Shown here: piece after piece, positions 62,956 through 64,000 of the stretch
Layout of the letters: every line of letters begins with the position of its first letter
Numbering within the stretch: position 1 is the stretch's first letter
Source: Polyangiales bacterium
GTDB lineage: Bacteria > Myxococcota_A > Polyangia > Polyangiales > Polyangiaceae
Reading direction: 5' to 3'
DNA: 64,000 nucleotides
Assembly: GCA_038231275.1 (NCBI GenBank)
Contig: JBBRLQ010000002.1
Span: forward strand, 480,001-544,000
Notes under the pieces: model-generated
What the model was told of the DNA's origin: nothing
Seen by the model: only the letters and a program-made list of their open reading frames with translations
The model's database searches: none
Position numbers and translations under genes: made by a program

Positions 62956-64000
62956 ATGGCCGTTCTCACTCGTCTTCGCCTCGAGCGTGCCCGGGCCTCG
63001 AAGCAATTTCGGGACGGCCATTTCCACAACACCCTTCCCCTGGGCTCCGGCTTGAAGGGGCCCGCGCTGCCGGTGCTCGGAGAATATTTCTTTGGCGGGC
63101 GCGCGCGCGTACCGCCCGCGCCGCTCCCGGTAGAGAGCCCGCTCGAGGCGTGGACCAAGCCGATTTCCTCGTCGGGGCTGCGCATCACGTGGCTCGGCCA
63201 CAGCACGATGCTCCTCGAAATCGACGGCGTCCGCGTCTTGACCGATCCGGTTTTCGGCGATCGCGCGTCACCCGTCTCGTTCGCCGGGGCAAAGCGCTTC
63301 CATGCGGTCCCCGCCACGATCGCCGAGCTGCCACGACTCGACGCGGTGCTCCTCTCGCACGATCACTACGATCACCTCTGCGCATCGAGCATCCGCGAGC
63401 TCGCGAAGCTCCGCGTGCCGATCGTCACGTCGCTCGGCGTCGGCGCGCGCCTCGAGCGCTTCGGCGTCCTCCCCGAGCACATCACCGAGCTCGACTGGTG
63501 GGAGGAGCACACGTTGCCCGGAGGCGAGCTGTCGTTCACGGCGACGCCCGCGCAGCATTTCTCGGGGCGCAGCCTCACCGATCGCAACGAGACGCTCTGG
63601 TCCTCGTGGGTCATCACGACCGCGAAGCGCCGCCTCTTCTTCTCTGGCGACACCGGTCTCACCGAGGAGTTCGGTGCCGTGCGCGAGCGCTTCGGCCCAT
63701 TCGACGTCGTGATGCTCGAGATCGGCGCGTGGCATCGCGCGTGGGGTGACATTCACCTCGGGCCCGAGAACGCGCTGCGTGCGTTCGACCTCCTCGGTGG
63801 CGGCACGCTATTGCCGGTGCACTGGGGAACGTTCGATCTCGCCCTCCACGCGTGGGACGAGCCCGCGGAGACGCTCCTGTCGCTCGCGGAGCCGGCAGGC
63901 GCCCGCGTGCTCACGCCGCTCCTCGGGCGACCGTTCGAGCCGGCGCACGTGGAGGGACCAACACCGTGGTGGCGCTCGGTGCTTCCGTCCGCAGGGCGAG
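62956..64000 (+). CDS. MBL-fold metallohydrolase (NAPE-PLD/RomA-like), truncated by the window end
   Basis: Frame not in the ORF track (no stop): TWLGHST, LTDPVF, LSHDHYDHL, PAQHFSGR, FSGDTG, PVHWGTF. Confidence 0.9.
   Translation, partial: MAVLTRLRLERARASKQFRDGHFHNTLPLGSGLKGPALPVLGEYFFGGRARVPPAPLPVESPLEAWTKPISSSGLRITWLGHSTMLLEIDGVRVLTDPVFGDRASPVSFAGAKRFHAVPATIAELPRLDAVLLSHDHYDHLCASSIRELAKLRVPIVTSLGVGARLERFGVLPEHITELDWWEEHTLPGGELSFTATPAQHFSGRSLTDRNETLWSSWVITTAKRRLFFSGDTGLTEEFGAVRERFGPFDVVMLEIGAWHRAWGDIHLGPENALRAFDLLGGGTLLPVHWGTFDLALHAWDEPAETLLSLAEPAGARVLTPLLGRPFEPAHVEGPTPWWRSVLPSAGR

Noticed and set aside
1..64000. Many long overlapping ORFs in the track (e.g. 448-2067, 4899-6890, 15153-17771, 24997-27396, 57996-60884)
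   Set aside because: Arg/Ala/Pro-rich shadow frames expected in high-GC DNA; they overlap genes with clear family motifs and carry none themselves
1..64000. Mobile elements, prophage, tRNA/rRNA or recognised defence systems
   Set aside because: No transposase, integrase, phage structural, RM or cas motifs seen, and no obvious low-GC island

Overview
High-GC (visually about 70% or more) chromosomal window from what looks like a myxobacterium (Polyangiaceae/Labilithrix-like). This is inferred from a MYXO-CTERM protein, many Cys-rich lipoproteins, a DUF1592/DUF1552 pair and tandem Ser/Thr kinases. It holds about 48 densely packed protein-coding genes. I found no rRNA, tRNA, CRISPR array, transposase or phage genes. 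Ordinary content includes an RND pump, pirin, an ATL DNA-repair protein, M20/C1/serine hydrolases, SelO, an EEP nuclease, MBL hydrolases, a two-component system and a persulfide dioxygenase-rhodanese fusion. The most notable observations are: (i) a tightly coupled FAD-monooxygenase / DUF455 di-iron / ATP-grasp / YeiH-exporter operon that resembles an uncharacterised small-molecule or modification pathway; (ii) a STAND ATPase whose two downstream genes share a duplicated ~40-bp promoter block containing a CGGAAC-N3-GTTCCG palindrome; (iii) a GT2 + DUF2304 + GT-C-like + deacetylase locus resembling the GacIJL/PpgS lipid-linked HexNAc systems, with the deacetylase frameshifted in a (CG)6 tract; (iv) an M29 aminopeptidase homolog missing most metal ligands, coupled to a YkgJ Cys-cluster protein; (v) a TANNNT -10 box 6-8 nt before at least 11 start codons, suggesting widespread leaderless mRNAs. 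All family calls come from motif recognition by eye; no database searches were run.
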